The notes below the pieces were generated by a model, which saw only the letters and a program-made list of their open reading frames with translations, made no database searches and was not told where the DNA came from. This document shows, piece by piece, positions 30,886 to 41,012 of a stretch of 64,000 nucleotides of DNA (the first letter of the stretch is position 1; each line of letters opens with the position of its first letter). This DNA comes from a virus (lineage: Duplodnaviria > Caudoviricetes). Made by a program: the position numbers and the translations under genes. Location: IMG/VR virus record IMGVR_UViG_3300031998_000010; one strand, 5' to 3'.

Positions 30886-30918
30886 GTTGAAAGGAGCCCT
30901 TTCGGGCCCTCTTTCAAC
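30886..30918 (-). terminator. GC-rich hairpin with GAAA loop after sigma-like gene
   Basis: GTTGAAAGAGGGCCC-GAAA-GGGCTCCTTTCAAC. Confidence 0.55.
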
Positions 30919-30945
30919 TTATATTAGGATTATAAGTAGACTAAC

Positions 30946-31608
30946 TTAACCACAAGCAAGCTCCAACATCTTGAGGAGTTCCTGGTTATTGCGAAGCTGT
31001 TCAATGATTTCTGCGAACTCTTTCTTAGAAACTGAAACATCTCCTAATCTATCGCCGTTGTTCTTGTTACGAGAAACTGCAAGAGAATCATCAGGATTGA
31101 TGAGTTTGTTTGCAACCTTCTCAGCCTTAGGACCCATCTTAGCGATAATCTCCCAGACAGCTTCCTTTGCCTGCTGAACCTCAAAAGTATCATCGTTAGA
31201 AGGTGCAAGGTCAAAAAGATTGACGATGCCATCTTCGGCGGTTACTTCGTTGGACATCTCCAACTTATACTGATTAATGTTGACCTGAGAAGCTCCTACA
31301 CAACTGATGCAGTTAGCAGCTACTCTATAGATGTAACCAGGTGTGAATCTCTTCGGATTCTCCATGATAAGAGGTACGTTCTTCATGAGATACTGGTTAA
31401 CCTCAGAAATAGCATCTTCCTCAAGAGCAGGACCATAAGAATACCTCTCCTTGTACCAAGCGAGCTCAATTTCATTAAAGAAATTGACAAATAAAAGAAC
31501 CGCCTTATACTCGTCATCAGCATTAAGCCATGCCTCGTATGTAAGCGGGAACTCGAAATCGTGAAGGTATTCCATGTAAAGGTTACGGGTGGTTCTGAAC
31601 TGTGACAT
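30946..31608 (-). CDS. ECF-type sigma-factor-like protein
   Basis: EEDAISEVNQYLMKN..RFTPGYIYRVAAN resembles sigma region 2 (ED..QE....F..YLYRIARN). Confidence 0.55.
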   Translation of the reverse strand: MSQFRTTRNLYMEYLHDFEFPLTYEAWLNADDEYKAVLLFVNFFNEIELAWYKERYSYGPALEEDAISEVNQYLMKNVPLIMENPKRFTPGYIYRVAANCISCVGASQVNINQYKLEMSNEVTAEDGIVNLFDLAPSNDDTFEVQQAKEAVWEIIAKMGPKAEKVANKLINPDDSLAVSRNKNNGDRLGDVSVSKKEFAEIIEQLRNNQELLKMLELACG

Positions 31609-31680
31609 AATACTTCCTCCTTGGAATCTTGATATGATGTGACTGTTGATATGTGAGCCACTGCCTATAATGACATTTTA

Positions 31681-31709
31681 ATTATAATATAAAATAATGA
31701 AAAAATAAA
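31681..31709 (-). promoter_or_regulatory. host sigmaA-like early promoter TTTATT-N17-TATAAT
   Basis: -35 at 31709-31704, -10 at 31686-31681; similar TTTATT-N17-TAnnnT at 37537-37509 (-) and 38460-38488 (+). Confidence 0.55.
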
Positions 31710-31739
31710 GCCCTGTATATGTGTCCTTCATATATTTCG

Positions 31740-32783
31740 TTAAAATCTTTGTGAATAGTAGAAGTCAAACTCTTCTTTTGACAAATCATTCACATCACGA
31801 GCTATCTCTTCTCCCGACTGCGGGTCAACTCTAGGAGGGATAGTCATCATTCTTACTATTGCTACTCTGGAGAGAGCTTTCTTTAACTTTTTAGCCCCTC
31901 GTTGTCCTGCACTGTCGTTATCAAGACATAATACAAATTCACTTGCACCAATCATCTTGAGCTGATGAATTTCTGCTTCAGTACCAGTACCCAGAAGTGC
32001 TACGGCATTATAGCCGTATCTGCAAGCAGTAAGACAATTAAAGCAACTTTCTGTTATAACAACAGATTTTGCACCTTTTGGGAGTTCATATAATCCATAA
32101 ACAGATTTTGCTTTTCCACTATCCATAAAGAAGAATTTTCCTTTTATACTTCTTCTGCAAAATCCGAGAGTATGTCCTTCTATATCACGAATAGGAAATG
32201 TTATACAAGGGATAGGATTCTTCTTTCCTTGAGGTCTGAAATTTGCATCATATCCTACGTCATACTTATTGATTATCTCATCAGTGAGTTTTCTTTCATA
32301 CATGTAAGGAACAATCAATCTGTAAGATGCAAGCTCTTTTTCACTGACATATTCAGGAGTTGTATTCATTTTAGATTGAATGTAATTTATAGCATATTTA
32401 TTTACTATTTCGGAAGATAATTCAGGTGGAATTAGATAATCGAAGTCAGATTCATCATAATTGAATCCAGGAACATTTTCTTTAAGCCATTCTAGTCCTG
32501 AACGAGTAATGTTCTTGTCTTTGAGTAAGTCAGTTACTACATCCGGTAACATCTTGCGATAGCCGCAAGCAAAACAATGACACCATCCTGCAGGAGTTAC
32601 TTTACCATCTCTTACTTCGTCACGAAGTAGTATACCACAAGAAGGCCTTTTATCTTCTCCCCCAACATGGCCCGCTTTATTAGGACAGTGAATCTGATAA
32701 TAATTACCTACAGGTTTAACTAACTGTAGCATTCCAAAGCTTTCTAGAACCTTTAATGTACTTCTTATCTGTTCTTCAGTCAT
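31740..32783 (-). CDS. DNA primase (Zn finger + TOPRIM)
   Basis: CP..H..CHCFAC, ITES.FN, LCLDND.AG, RDVND; start MTEEQ likely. Confidence 0.88.
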   Translation of the reverse strand: MTEEQIRSTLKVLESFGMLQLVKPVGNYYQIHCPNKAGHVGGEDKRPSCGILLRDEVRDGKVTPAGWCHCFACGYRKMLPDVVTDLLKDKNITRSGLEWLKENVPGFNYDESDFDYLIPPELSSEIVNKYAINYIQSKMNTTPEYVSEKELASYRLIVPYMYERKLTDEIINKYDVGYDANFRPQGKKNPIPCITFPIRDIEGHTLGFCRRSIKGKFFFMDSGKAKSVYGLYELPKGAKSVVITESCFNCLTACRYGYNAVALLGTGTEAEIHQLKMIGASEFVLCLDNDSAGQRGAKKLKKALSRVAIVRMMTIPPRVDPQSGEEIARDVNDLSKEEFDFYYSQRF

Positions 32784-32952
32784 TTGATTCTCCAAATACT
32801 TCGGGAGCATATGTTACTTTACAATATGCAATTCCAACAGGACCTACTACAAGTTTACGAAAGAATATACATCCCTCACAATTCTTATGCTTCTTGCAGT
32901 AAGCAAATACTTTATCTAAACAATCGCTAACTTCTTTCTCTTCAGGAGTCAT
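32776..32952 (-). CDS. 58-aa Cys-rich hypothetical protein
   Basis: Manual translation MTPEEKEVSDCLDKVFAYCKKHKNCEGCIF...; overlaps both neighbours. Confidence 0.6.
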   Translation of the reverse strand: MTPEEKEVSDCLDKVFAYCKKHKNCEGCIFFRKLVVGPVGIAYCKVTYAPEVFGESND

Positions 32953-33296
32953 CCTTTATACCAATTGTTTCTATCAAATTGAGTTTGAGGATAGGAAGTA
33001 GTTATCTTCAATTCCCCATCAACAATATCACACTCGTGCACCACGAATTGATTTGCATTATTGACAAGTGACAAATCTACAACCTGAGAAATTGATAATG
33101 AGATAGTATCAATATCTTTTCTTTGAATAAAGTTTGTTAACCAATCAACAGCATTTTCAACAGACTCAAAATCATGAATAGCTGAAGGACAATCAGGATT
33201 GCCATCATATACAATGTAAGGCAAATTAGTGTCACTATGAATTCCTACAAATCTTCGATTATTGTAGAATTTATTAATAGGCTGAATAATAAACAT
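32949..33296 (-). CDS. hypothetical protein
   Basis: Start reassigned to MFIIQ after AAGGAGGTG SD and AATCGTTA motif. Confidence 0.7.
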   Translation of the reverse strand: MFIIQPINKFYNNRRFVGIHSDTNLPYIVYDGNPDCPSAIHDFESVENAVDWLTNFIQRKDIDTISLSISQVVDLSLVNNANQFVVHECDIVDGELKITTSYPQTQFDRNNWYKG

Positions 33297-33333
33297 ATAC
33301 TCACCTCCTTGACACTTTATATAACGATTCTGA

Positions 33334-34686
33334 TTAGAACTCAAGGCCTGAATCGTCATCGTCTGTGAGGTCAAGTCCTTGAATGATATCAGGAACAGGG
33401 CCAGTCGAAGGAGTAAGCTCTGAAGTATTGATTTCAGGAGTAGTTATCATCGGGTCTTCATCTGCTCCACCCGGAAGATACTGCATGTTACCATTATTTA
33501 CATCCCAAGAATAAGACAAAGTATTATTCTCGTTTAAGGCCATTCTAGATTTCTCAAGTCTTATTTCAAATACATGTTTGTCAAATATCTGGCGAATTGC
33601 ATATACCTGAGTGGCAATCTGACCTATTGCATCTGAACCTGCTATATTATAGATAGTAGGGAAGGGCACGCCTTTATCATCTTTAGATTCTTTAGTTTCT
33701 CTATTAGCCTGCGCCGCTAATACTACAGCACAACCATATTTCTTACTTAATTGAAATAAATCATGACAGATATTTCCATATTTCTCATGGTCACTAAATC
33801 CCTTTCGGTCATCTACCATGTATGAAATACCGTCTATAAGAAGTATCTGAATATTATGTTTCTTTACAAATGATGAAAGATGTCTCGGAGATACACCCTC
33901 AGGCATATCTTTATCCTCAATTATGTAGAAATCTGCATTAGTTTCTTCAGGAAGTTTCTTTAAGTAGTCGATGTATTCTTGAGAATATTGACCGGTGAAT
34001 ATTTTACTATTCTGATGATGTCCTCTCCAAGTATCAACTCTTGTAGCCAAATATGCGGCCTGCATTTCTGGAGAATAATATGCTACATTAAATCCGGCTC
34101 TATTAGCAGCCTCGCCAATCCTTGTTAAGCACCAGGACTTACCTACATTTGAACGACCTACGAATACAAGTAATTCCTCTACTGTAGAAAGACCACCATA
34201 ACTGAGTTTATCTAACTCGGCAAAACCTGTAGGAATTCTTTTTTGCTTTGACCATTCTATGACCTGGTCACTTCTTTCTTGAGCCTGCTTGATAATATTC
34301 ATAGGAGCTACATCTGTTAAAGAATCAGCAGCATCTAATTGCTGTGCTACAAACTCCCAAGCTACGTCAACATCAGCAGAACCCATATCTGTCAACTTAT
34401 TGAACATATTCAAGAATAAGATATGACGCTTATTCTTCTTTATTTCAGTTACTAAGTAATCAAGAGGTTCATCTACAGCTACAACTTGGAATTTAGGAAA
34501 TTCTGCAGAAAATGTAAATCTATCAGGGACAACATTATACTTATCCCTGTGGTCCAGGATAAACTTTATTTCTTCCTTACAAGCTTCGTAGTAACTTTCG
34601 TCAAAACTACAAAGCTCATCTACCAATGCTTCATCATTGGAGGTAAGTATTTTTGAAATAACCTGTAACTCAATTGAACCTGTCAT
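33334..34686 (-). CDS. replicative DnaB-like helicase
   Basis: GRSNVGKS, SPEM, LLIDG, AAQANR, EKSR. Confidence 0.88.
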   Translation of the reverse strand: MTGSIELQVISKILTSNDEALVDELCSFDESYYEACKEEIKFILDHRDKYNVVPDRFTFSAEFPKFQVVAVDEPLDYLVTEIKKNKRHILFLNMFNKLTDMGSADVDVAWEFVAQQLDAADSLTDVAPMNIIKQAQERSDQVIEWSKQKRIPTGFAELDKLSYGGLSTVEELLVFVGRSNVGKSWCLTRIGEAANRAGFNVAYYSPEMQAAYLATRVDTWRGHHQNSKIFTGQYSQEYIDYLKKLPEETNADFYIIEDKDMPEGVSPRHLSSFVKKHNIQILLIDGISYMVDDRKGFSDHEKYGNICHDLFQLSKKYGCAVVLAAQANRETKESKDDKGVPFPTIYNIAGSDAIGQIATQVYAIRQIFDKHVFEIRLEKSRMALNENNTLSYSWDVNNGNMQYLPGGADEDPMITTPEINTSELTPSTGPVPDIIQGLDLTDDDDSGLEF

Positions 34687-34695
34687 TATAAATTA

Positions 34696-35286
34696 TCACT
34701 TCTGAACAGAATTTGTCATCATATTCTTTAACTGACCAAAGAAAATACCATCACCGGCAAGAGATTTTATTTGAGGAGATACAATGATTGTACTTAATCC
34801 ATTTGCGTCTCTATTCTGTAAAAGAGACAACAGCGTCTGACATTGGAACTCCTTGAAATTTACATAATCTATATTTGAGATAATGAGCAATTTTGCAGTT
34901 TCAGCCCATATCTTAATGTATTCAACCTCTTCAGTCATTCCTTTTGTATTCCAACTTTTCTGAATACCGTCAAGATATTGAGAAAATCTGAGGTTGTAAA
35001 CACTCATGTGTAACCTACTATGCTTCCAATGTTTACATATACCACAATATGTTAATAGCTCAGAAGATTCATTTGTATTATTTGCTATTACTGTTATTAA
35101 TCTCTTCTCTTCTGAATTATTAACAATGTCGATATACTTTTGGAGCATTTTAGGGTCTGCATGAAATACATTACTCTTTAACGAGATATTATTCTTTTCA
35201 AGCAAATAAGAAGACTGAACATAATCAGGACAAGCTTTATCACATTCGCCGTTTACACAAAAACCTGTGAAGATACAATCATGCAT
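34696..35286 (-). CDS. DnaC/DnaI-like helicase loader, degenerate ATPase
   Basis: N-terminal Cys cluster, LLIISNID and NR..NGLSTIIVS like DnaC; no Walker A. Confidence 0.55.
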   Translation of the reverse strand: MHDCIFTGFCVNGECDKACPDYVQSSYLLEKNNISLKSNVFHADPKMLQKYIDIVNNSEEKRLITVIANNTNESSELLTYCGICKHWKHSRLHMSVYNLRFSQYLDGIQKSWNTKGMTEEVEYIKIWAETAKLLIISNIDYVNFKEFQCQTLLSLLQNRDANGLSTIIVSPQIKSLAGDGIFFGQLKNMMTNSVQK

Positions 35287-36478
35287 TCTGCTGTAACCTC
35301 CTGATTACTGGATTTCTTGATTGCTTAAAAGCAACACGACTCTTTACACACTGCCTTGCAATATCAATAGGATTATATCCTCTCTTTATATATTCCTCTG
35401 CAGGCATTACAAGAGTTAAGAAAGGATGTAACTCACCATACAAAGGATATTTGAAATAGACATTTCCGATATCTCTATCTAGGAGATACTTTCTTACTAG
35501 ATATTCTTTAACATATTCTGCTTGGCGAGGTATCTGCTTTGAAATCTCTAACGAGTCCCAAATATCCATTGTTGGAACTAATTCGCCGTTTATTTCAATC
35601 CAACCATAGAAACTAGGAAAATCTGTGTTGCTCTGTAGACCTTTCTGATGACGAGCTAACTTATACAAATGTGGATATTCAATTATGCACTTAAGTACCT
35701 GCTCCCTTGTATAGCCTTCGATTGGAATGATATTTCCAAACTGCTCATCTTTGTCTAATCCAATATCTTCATACATTGCTTGAGCACGAGTTTGAATAAA
35801 ATGATTAGGAAATAAATTCAATAAATCACTATCTGACATCTTATTGACATCAGTTGTAGCAGAAATATCTCTTTGTCTCTGTGGAATCTCCGGCAATGTT
35901 GTATAGACTACAAGTTTGTCTACTCCGTCCATTCCTTGCATGAATGGTTTATTATAATCAAATTGAGGAACTTCAGGTGCCTGTAAGTACAAATCGAGCG
36001 GGTCTGTTGGCTTGATAGAATAATCAACAGAAGGAGCTGCATCTACAGGAGTAAATTTAGGTTTTGCTACTTCTATTATATTCTTGACAGGCTCTTTCTT
36101 TACAGGCTTACTTGCATATACAGAATCATCGGGCTCTTCTACTACCTTTAAATCCCAATCAATAGCATCAACTGTAAGGTAAATTTCACCTAATACCCTC
36201 TTAATATCATCTTCATCAATGTCTGTTGGCATATTCACGAAAGGATTCTGAGGAGACCAATCAAACGGAAGAGGTTCAGATGAATATACTGCATAAGTTA
36301 TAATGTTGATAATTTTAACAACCTGTTCCTTATACTTTGCAGTTCCTTGATAATGCTTTACTACATACGTGATTACTGAAGAATGCATTGAAGACAAAGT
36401 GCCTTTATACGATTTCTTCACTTGATAATTTTCTGAAATGTTTGTGAATTTAATCTTATGCTTGTTGGAGTATAACAT
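35279..36478 (-). CDS. hypothetical protein (replication region)
   Basis: 399-aa ORF. Confidence 0.8.
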   Translation of the reverse strand: MLYSNKHKIKFTNISENYQVKKSYKGTLSSMHSSVITYVVKHYQGTAKYKEQVVKIINIITYAVYSSEPLPFDWSPQNPFVNMPTDIDEDDIKRVLGEIYLTVDAIDWDLKVVEEPDDSVYASKPVKKEPVKNIIEVAKPKFTPVDAAPSVDYSIKPTDPLDLYLQAPEVPQFDYNKPFMQGMDGVDKLVVYTTLPEIPQRQRDISATTDVNKMSDSDLLNLFPNHFIQTRAQAMYEDIGLDKDEQFGNIIPIEGYTREQVLKCIIEYPHLYKLARHQKGLQSNTDFPSFYGWIEINGELVPTMDIWDSLEISKQIPRQAEYVKEYLVRKYLLDRDIGNVYFKYPLYGELHPFLTLVMPAEEYIKRGYNPIDIARQCVKSRVAFKQSRNPVIRRLQQNA

Positions 36479-37347
36479 TAGATGTTACCTCCTTTTGCTG
36501 TTGATGTAAATTCTAATGTTTCAAGTAAATTGTTCTGATTATTTACTCTTGTTCTAATTGCACCAGTAAGTGCAGGATTATTTGTTCTTACAAGAGATAC
36601 AACATCATTTTCATCAATATTACTAGATAACGAATAGTAACATTTTTCAATCAATAAATCAGAAATTAATACTGCCGACAATGTAAAACATTCTCGCTTA
36701 TCTGACTTACAAGTATTGTAGACACAATAGGGAACCCTATATATGTTATGTGAGTCTTCTTGAACATCTTTGCACCATGAATTAAACTCTTGCTGAAGGT
36801 CATATACTTTGCCTTGTTCAAAGTAGTACCCATATGTTATGATTATCTGTGAAATCCATAAAGGAATTTGATTAATATTATATCTGAAATCTGAATTACT
36901 GTTCTTTGGAAATCTTGTTTGAAACCATTGATTAATTAAACATGCACATTGATTAATTTCTTCATAACCAAAATCGACATTAGTTCCGGTTTGCAAAATT
37001 GTACTATATTTAAGTATTGACGCAGAATTATACTGTTGACCTGATGTATGTAAGTCATCAAAATTCTCCGGACTCCTGACCTTTGAATACTTGATATCAT
37101 CATCTGCCGGCTTACTAAGTTCGTCAAACTCAGTATCATCGGAGGATAAAAGTGTTTCAGATTCTATGAATTTATTGATTTTGTCTAAACACTGCATTAG
37201 AAGTTCTGCTAATTTCTTATACCTGAGGATAGTTTTCTTATACACCTTAGGCTTTTCTTTCAACATCTTATCAAGATGAGCAAGGATTTTCTTAGCAGCA
37301 ACTTCGGAAGGATATATTTCTAAGTACTTTAATTTTTCTTTTTGCAC
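36478..37347 (-). CDS. hypothetical protein
   Basis: 289 aa, GTG start with GGGAGG SD. Confidence 0.75.
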   Translation of the reverse strand: MQKEKLKYLEIYPSEVAAKKILAHLDKMLKEKPKVYKKTILRYKKLAELLMQCLDKINKFIESETLLSSDDTEFDELSKPADDDIKYSKVRSPENFDDLHTSGQQYNSASILKYSTILQTGTNVDFGYEEINQCACLINQWFQTRFPKNSNSDFRYNINQIPLWISQIIITYGYYFEQGKVYDLQQEFNSWCKDVQEDSHNIYRVPYCVYNTCKSDKRECFTLSAVLISDLLIEKCYYSLSSNIDENDVVSLVRTNNPALTGAIRTRVNNQNNLLETLEFTSTAKGGNI

Positions 37348-37395
37348 TGTTTACCTCCCGATATTTGTTTTGATATGTAACGATTTGTAGTAGTG

Positions 37396-37500
37396 TAAAA
37401 ATACCGCTACCGGCTCCACTTAAGATAGATAATATGAATGATACCGCAAACATATCAAATATCAAAAATGGAGTCGGCAGCGGTATCTGCACAAGTGAAC
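37396..37500 (-). ncRNA. candidate small structured RNA
   Basis: 18-bp GC-rich inverted repeat 37401-37418/37469-37486 followed by a U run; upstream TTTATT-N17-TATCAT. Confidence 0.4.
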
Positions 37501-37582
37501 TTATCCTTATGATATAATGGAAATGTTGAAAAATAAATAGTAGAACTTAATGAAAAATAAATTATTTTTAAGTGATTCTCAT

Positions 37583-37921
37583 TTAATCATCTATTCCGTA
37601 GTAATGCTCAGAACTGACATTAGGAATGAACCAAATATCAAGAGTGTTATCTGCCTCATTCCACTCGGCACTAATGAATACACCTGACTTTTCACTAGGA
37701 TTCTTTGCCCATTCTCTAGCGTCAAATGTATCAACAGCAACAAGCTCGTGATAATGCCTTTCGACTTCTTCGTCCTCACAAGTAACTACATTAACTTCAA
37801 TATTACTAGGAATTTCTCCTTCAAAAATATAGTCATCAATATCTTCTATGATAGAAGAAATATGAATGCAATCATTTTCATACCTGTTGTTGATTATTTT
37901 AACTAACTCCTGAATTGTCAT
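37583..37921 (-). CDS. acidic hypothetical protein
   Basis: 112 aa, AAGGAGG SD. Confidence 0.75.
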   Translation of the reverse strand: MTIQELVKIINNRYENDCIHISSIIEDIDDYIFEGEIPSNIEVNVVTCEDEEVERHYHELVAVDTFDAREWAKNPSEKSGVFISAEWNEADNTLDIWFIPNVSSEHYYGIDD

Positions 37922-37964
37922 ACTATCTTCCTCCTTAGCAATATTTACACTATATCTAACGATT

Positions 37965-38530
37965 CACAGGGTACATATACTGCCGGTCAAGGGGACGAAT
38001 GTTGTAGAGCAAGAAATTTCAAAGAGCGAAGCAGCGAGGCGAGCGGGCAATCAATATATAATAATTTAATTAAAAAACGAAAATAAGAATGAAATTAATT
38101 TATAACTTAATTAATTTATATTTCTTATATTTCTTTATATCTCAATTGATATATCTATATATCGGCAACTTCTTGAAATAATTCCTGAATCTTTATTATA
38201 CTATAGTGAAAATTAATAGTCCTACAAGTTGACAAATCTTATCAATTCTGAAATATCTACTGAATTGATTGAAAATATAATCATTTATTTAGATATTGTA
38301 TCAATCTTGAAATAATTTGAAGATTTAATGTAGGTAAATATAAATTTTCTTTTATATGTTGATGTAGTGTAACATTACGATTTCTTTACGGTCTCATCTC
38401 GATGAAATTAAATCTAAAAAATTTAAAAGAAATTTTCTATATTTCTAATGAAATTTACTTTTATTTTTCTAATGTTTATATATAATCTAATTATATCAAT
38501 ATTTTTCAAATCCCTTCCCAGTAACTTAAA
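37965..38530. other. AT-rich divergent intergenic region, candidate replication origin/control region
   Basis: Largest non-coding gap; TCTTGAAATAATT repeated at 38171 and 38305. Confidence 0.4.
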
Positions 38531-39433
38531 TTGATGCATGAGAGGTGTACTGTGTTTATGGATTATCCTTCTGCCTATCCTACGAAATTGCCGAAGTTAT
38601 CTGAAGATGCTTCTAAGAAAGAAAAGAATGATTGGATAAAATTGAGGACCTTGGAGCTATATAGTTTCTTACCTCAGACTACTCTTGAAGAAAGAGATTC
38701 TTATAGAGACATCAGAGATGAAATTATATGTATTAATGAAAGTTTCTTTTGGTATGTGGCAAGATTAAAGATACCTGTAAGTAAATATGTAAGTATAGAA
38801 GATAAATATCAGTCCGCAATATGCAGTTTTATGACCAACTGTTTGTGGGCTAAATTTATGTTTAAACCTGAAGTAACAGATTCAAAGAACAGAAGATATC
38901 GTGATGATTTGGCTTTCACTAGTTTCTTTAAGCCCCGACTCACAGAGTGTATTGAAAGAGAATTATTTGATGTTAAATGGTCACTTCGTCGTTCATTATG
39001 TATCAAGGCAGGCGAACAGTTAGGAAAGAAAGGCACTGAGGTTGTTTATGAAGATTTAGTGAATGTTCACCTTCCTCCCGAAGAAATGGAAGCATTGATG
39101 TCAATATTCTGCACTACTAATACTGCAGATGTAAATGATATTTCACTTTATAAGCCGGCAAGTACTATTGTAGAAGACAGAATTGAAGAAATGTATAATG
39201 ACGAATATGATTCTGTCGAAGATTTATTAGTCCACGAAATGCTTGAAAGAGAGGCTAAACTTGAAGATTCATTCTTACTTAAGATGTCAGAAATGTATGG
39301 AATTCCCTTCAATGAATTAGTAGAAGCTAGACCTGGAGCTGAAGAAAAATTAAGGAGACAGCTCGAAGAAGCAATTAGTGTACAAGATGCATTTTCATTT
39401 AGCGATGAGTATTATTCCGAACTTGATGACTGA
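38531..39433 (+). CDS. sigma70-family-like protein (only plus-strand gene)
   Basis: RDEIICINESFFWYVAR..SIEDKYQSA..AFTSFFKPRL resembles sigma region 2; true start probably 38552/38558. Confidence 0.6.
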   Translation: MMHERCTVFMDYPSAYPTKLPKLSEDASKKEKNDWIKLRTLELYSFLPQTTLEERDSYRDIRDEIICINESFFWYVARLKIPVSKYVSIEDKYQSAICSFMTNCLWAKFMFKPEVTDSKNRRYRDDLAFTSFFKPRLTECIERELFDVKWSLRRSLCIKAGEQLGKKGTEVVYEDLVNVHLPPEEMEALMSIFCTTNTADVNDISLYKPASTIVEDRIEEMYNDEYDSVEDLLVHEMLEREAKLEDSFLLKMSEMYGIPFNELVEARPGAEEKLRRQLEEAISVQDAFSFSDEYYSELDD

Positions 39434-39443
39434 AACCATAAAT

Positions 39444-39471
39444 ATGCGGCCTTTTTGATTCAAGACCGCAT
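39444..39471. terminator. hairpin between convergent genes
   Basis: ATGCGGCCTT..AAGACCGCAT. Confidence 0.5.
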
Positions 39472-39555
39472 TAATCAGATAATACCAACTATATTCAAAT
39501 TAGAGATACATAAAATCTCAAAGGGCTAACTTAAGTTATCAGGTATCAAATCCCC

Positions 39556-39852
39556 TTAATCTTTTGTCTCTTCGTCATATTGAGAAATATGATTCTGATG
39601 AACCTTAAGGGCATCCTGATAGTTATTGTAACTCACTCCGTCAACCCAATAAATATCAGAACTAGGATTCATGATGTCGTCATACTGAACATAGCAAATG
39701 CTACCAGGGTAGTCAATTGATTTCTTCTGGGCTAACTTTTCAGCTTCTTCATCTGAAATCTTGAGCCAATCATTATGTAGAACACGACCATTGTCAAATT
39801 CTTCAGTCCTAGCGATTCTTTTGTATGCTGACGATTTAATATAGATTTTCAT
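39556..39852 (-). CDS. leader-bearing hypothetical protein (MKIYIKSS)
   Basis: 98 aa. Confidence 0.75.
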   Translation of the reverse strand: MKIYIKSSAYKRIARTEEFDNGRVLHNDWLKISDEEAEKLAQKKSIDYPGSICYVQYDDIMNPSSDIYWVDGVSYNNYQDALKVHQNHISQYDEETKD

Positions 39853-40268
39853 AAATCAACCACTTCTCCTTCAAAATAGTAGCCTGTATCTAATCCGTTC
39901 GTTGCATTGTATACTGCACCATCAGTATCAATTAATCTGGGAGCTGACATTGTGTCGTCGTTTTTATCATAAATTCTAAGATAAACACCAGATACTTCGA
40001 CAAATTCATAACCATAGTCTTTTGCTACATCAATAAAAGCCTCATCATTGAGATACTGAAGTAACTGGTCCATATCATCAAGTACCTGCTTACCATTGTT
40101 GAATTCTTGTAACCATCCCTGTTTATCACTATAATCAGGATTGATATAATCGTAAATTGCTACAGGATATAAATTCCAAACGACATAAGGCCCGCTAAAT
40201 CCATAAGATACTTCTAACCTATGTGGATTTGCAAAATATACAATGTTGTCAGATTTTAATAGTTTCAT
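39849..40268 (-). CDS. hypothetical protein
   Basis: 139 aa, GAGGAG SD. Confidence 0.75.
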   Translation of the reverse strand: MKLLKSDNIVYFANPHRLEVSYGFSGPYVVWNLYPVAIYDYINPDYSDKQGWLQEFNNGKQVLDDMDQLLQYLNDEAFIDVAKDYGYEFVEVSGVYLRIYDKNDDTMSAPRLIDTDGAVYNATNGLDTGYYFEGEVVDL

Positions 40269-40280
40269 GTATGTGTCTCC

Positions 40281-40763
40281 TCAATATTCTTCATCGCCGT
40301 AGTCTTCGTTATAGTCCTCATCTTCGTACCAATCATCCTCTTCCTCTTCTTCATCATAATCTCTGAATTCAAAAGGACCATCACAATCATAAATACTTCC
40401 TTGCTTTTCTGCAAATGTGTTCAAATACTTCAGATAATCAGCATTTAAGAATTTATCTGCAAGAGGACGAAGGATTAAATCTTCATAATCGCTTTCGGTA
40501 TTAGCCTTTTCAATTCTATCAAGAATTTCTTGAGATTCAGGAATATATCTATATAACCAGTTGGCATAACTTGAGAGGTCATTTGCCCAGCCTTCTAATC
40601 CATAAGTATTATCATATACATCACCGTCGTTGTACCATTTATATACAAGTTTAGTGATAGCAGTTACTGCTTGATTAGCTAATGTATCACCTTCACCATA
40701 GTCAGGAAGGAATGTGTCCATTATATCTTCAAACTTATCAAAATAATTCCAATCTGTAGCCAT
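40281..40763 (-). CDS. acidic hypothetical protein
   Basis: 160 aa, AAGGAG SD. Confidence 0.75.
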   Translation of the reverse strand: MATDWNYFDKFEDIMDTFLPDYGEGDTLANQAVTAITKLVYKWYNDGDVYDNTYGLEGWANDLSSYANWLYRYIPESQEILDRIEKANTESDYEDLILRPLADKFLNADYLKYLNTFAEKQGSIYDCDGPFEFRDYDEEEEEDDWYEDEDYNEDYGDEEY

Positions 40764-40775
40764 GAATATTTCTCC

Positions 40776-41003
40776 TTAGTTAAAATCGATTAGTTTTCTT
40801 ATATCTGAAATTTCAAGAGCTTCTGCTATAGTAGATAGATGTTGAAGATTGATTCCTGACCGGCAACCTCTACAGATTTCACTTATAGTGGATTCTCTGA
40901 TTCCTGTCATATGTGCCAATTCTTTCTGAGAAATTCCTCTTTCTTTGAGGACATCTCTTATTTTAACTTTGATGCTAGGTTTTGTGGAACAATATATTTT
41001 CAT
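40776..41003 (-). CDS. XRE-family HTH protein with MKIYCS leader
   Basis: RGISQKELAHMTGIRESTISEI. Confidence 0.85.
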   Translation of the reverse strand: MKIYCSTKPSIKVKIRDVLKERGISQKELAHMTGIRESTISEICRGCRSGINLQHLSTIAEALEISDIRKLIDFN

Positions 41004-41012
41004 ACTATATCC

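Noticed and set aside
37292-37492. 66-aa hydrophobic ORF over the hairpin (possible type I toxin)
   Set aside because: No SD, and it overlaps the 37347 gene start and its promoter motif; the non-coding structure is the better explanation, though the ORF is not strictly excluded.
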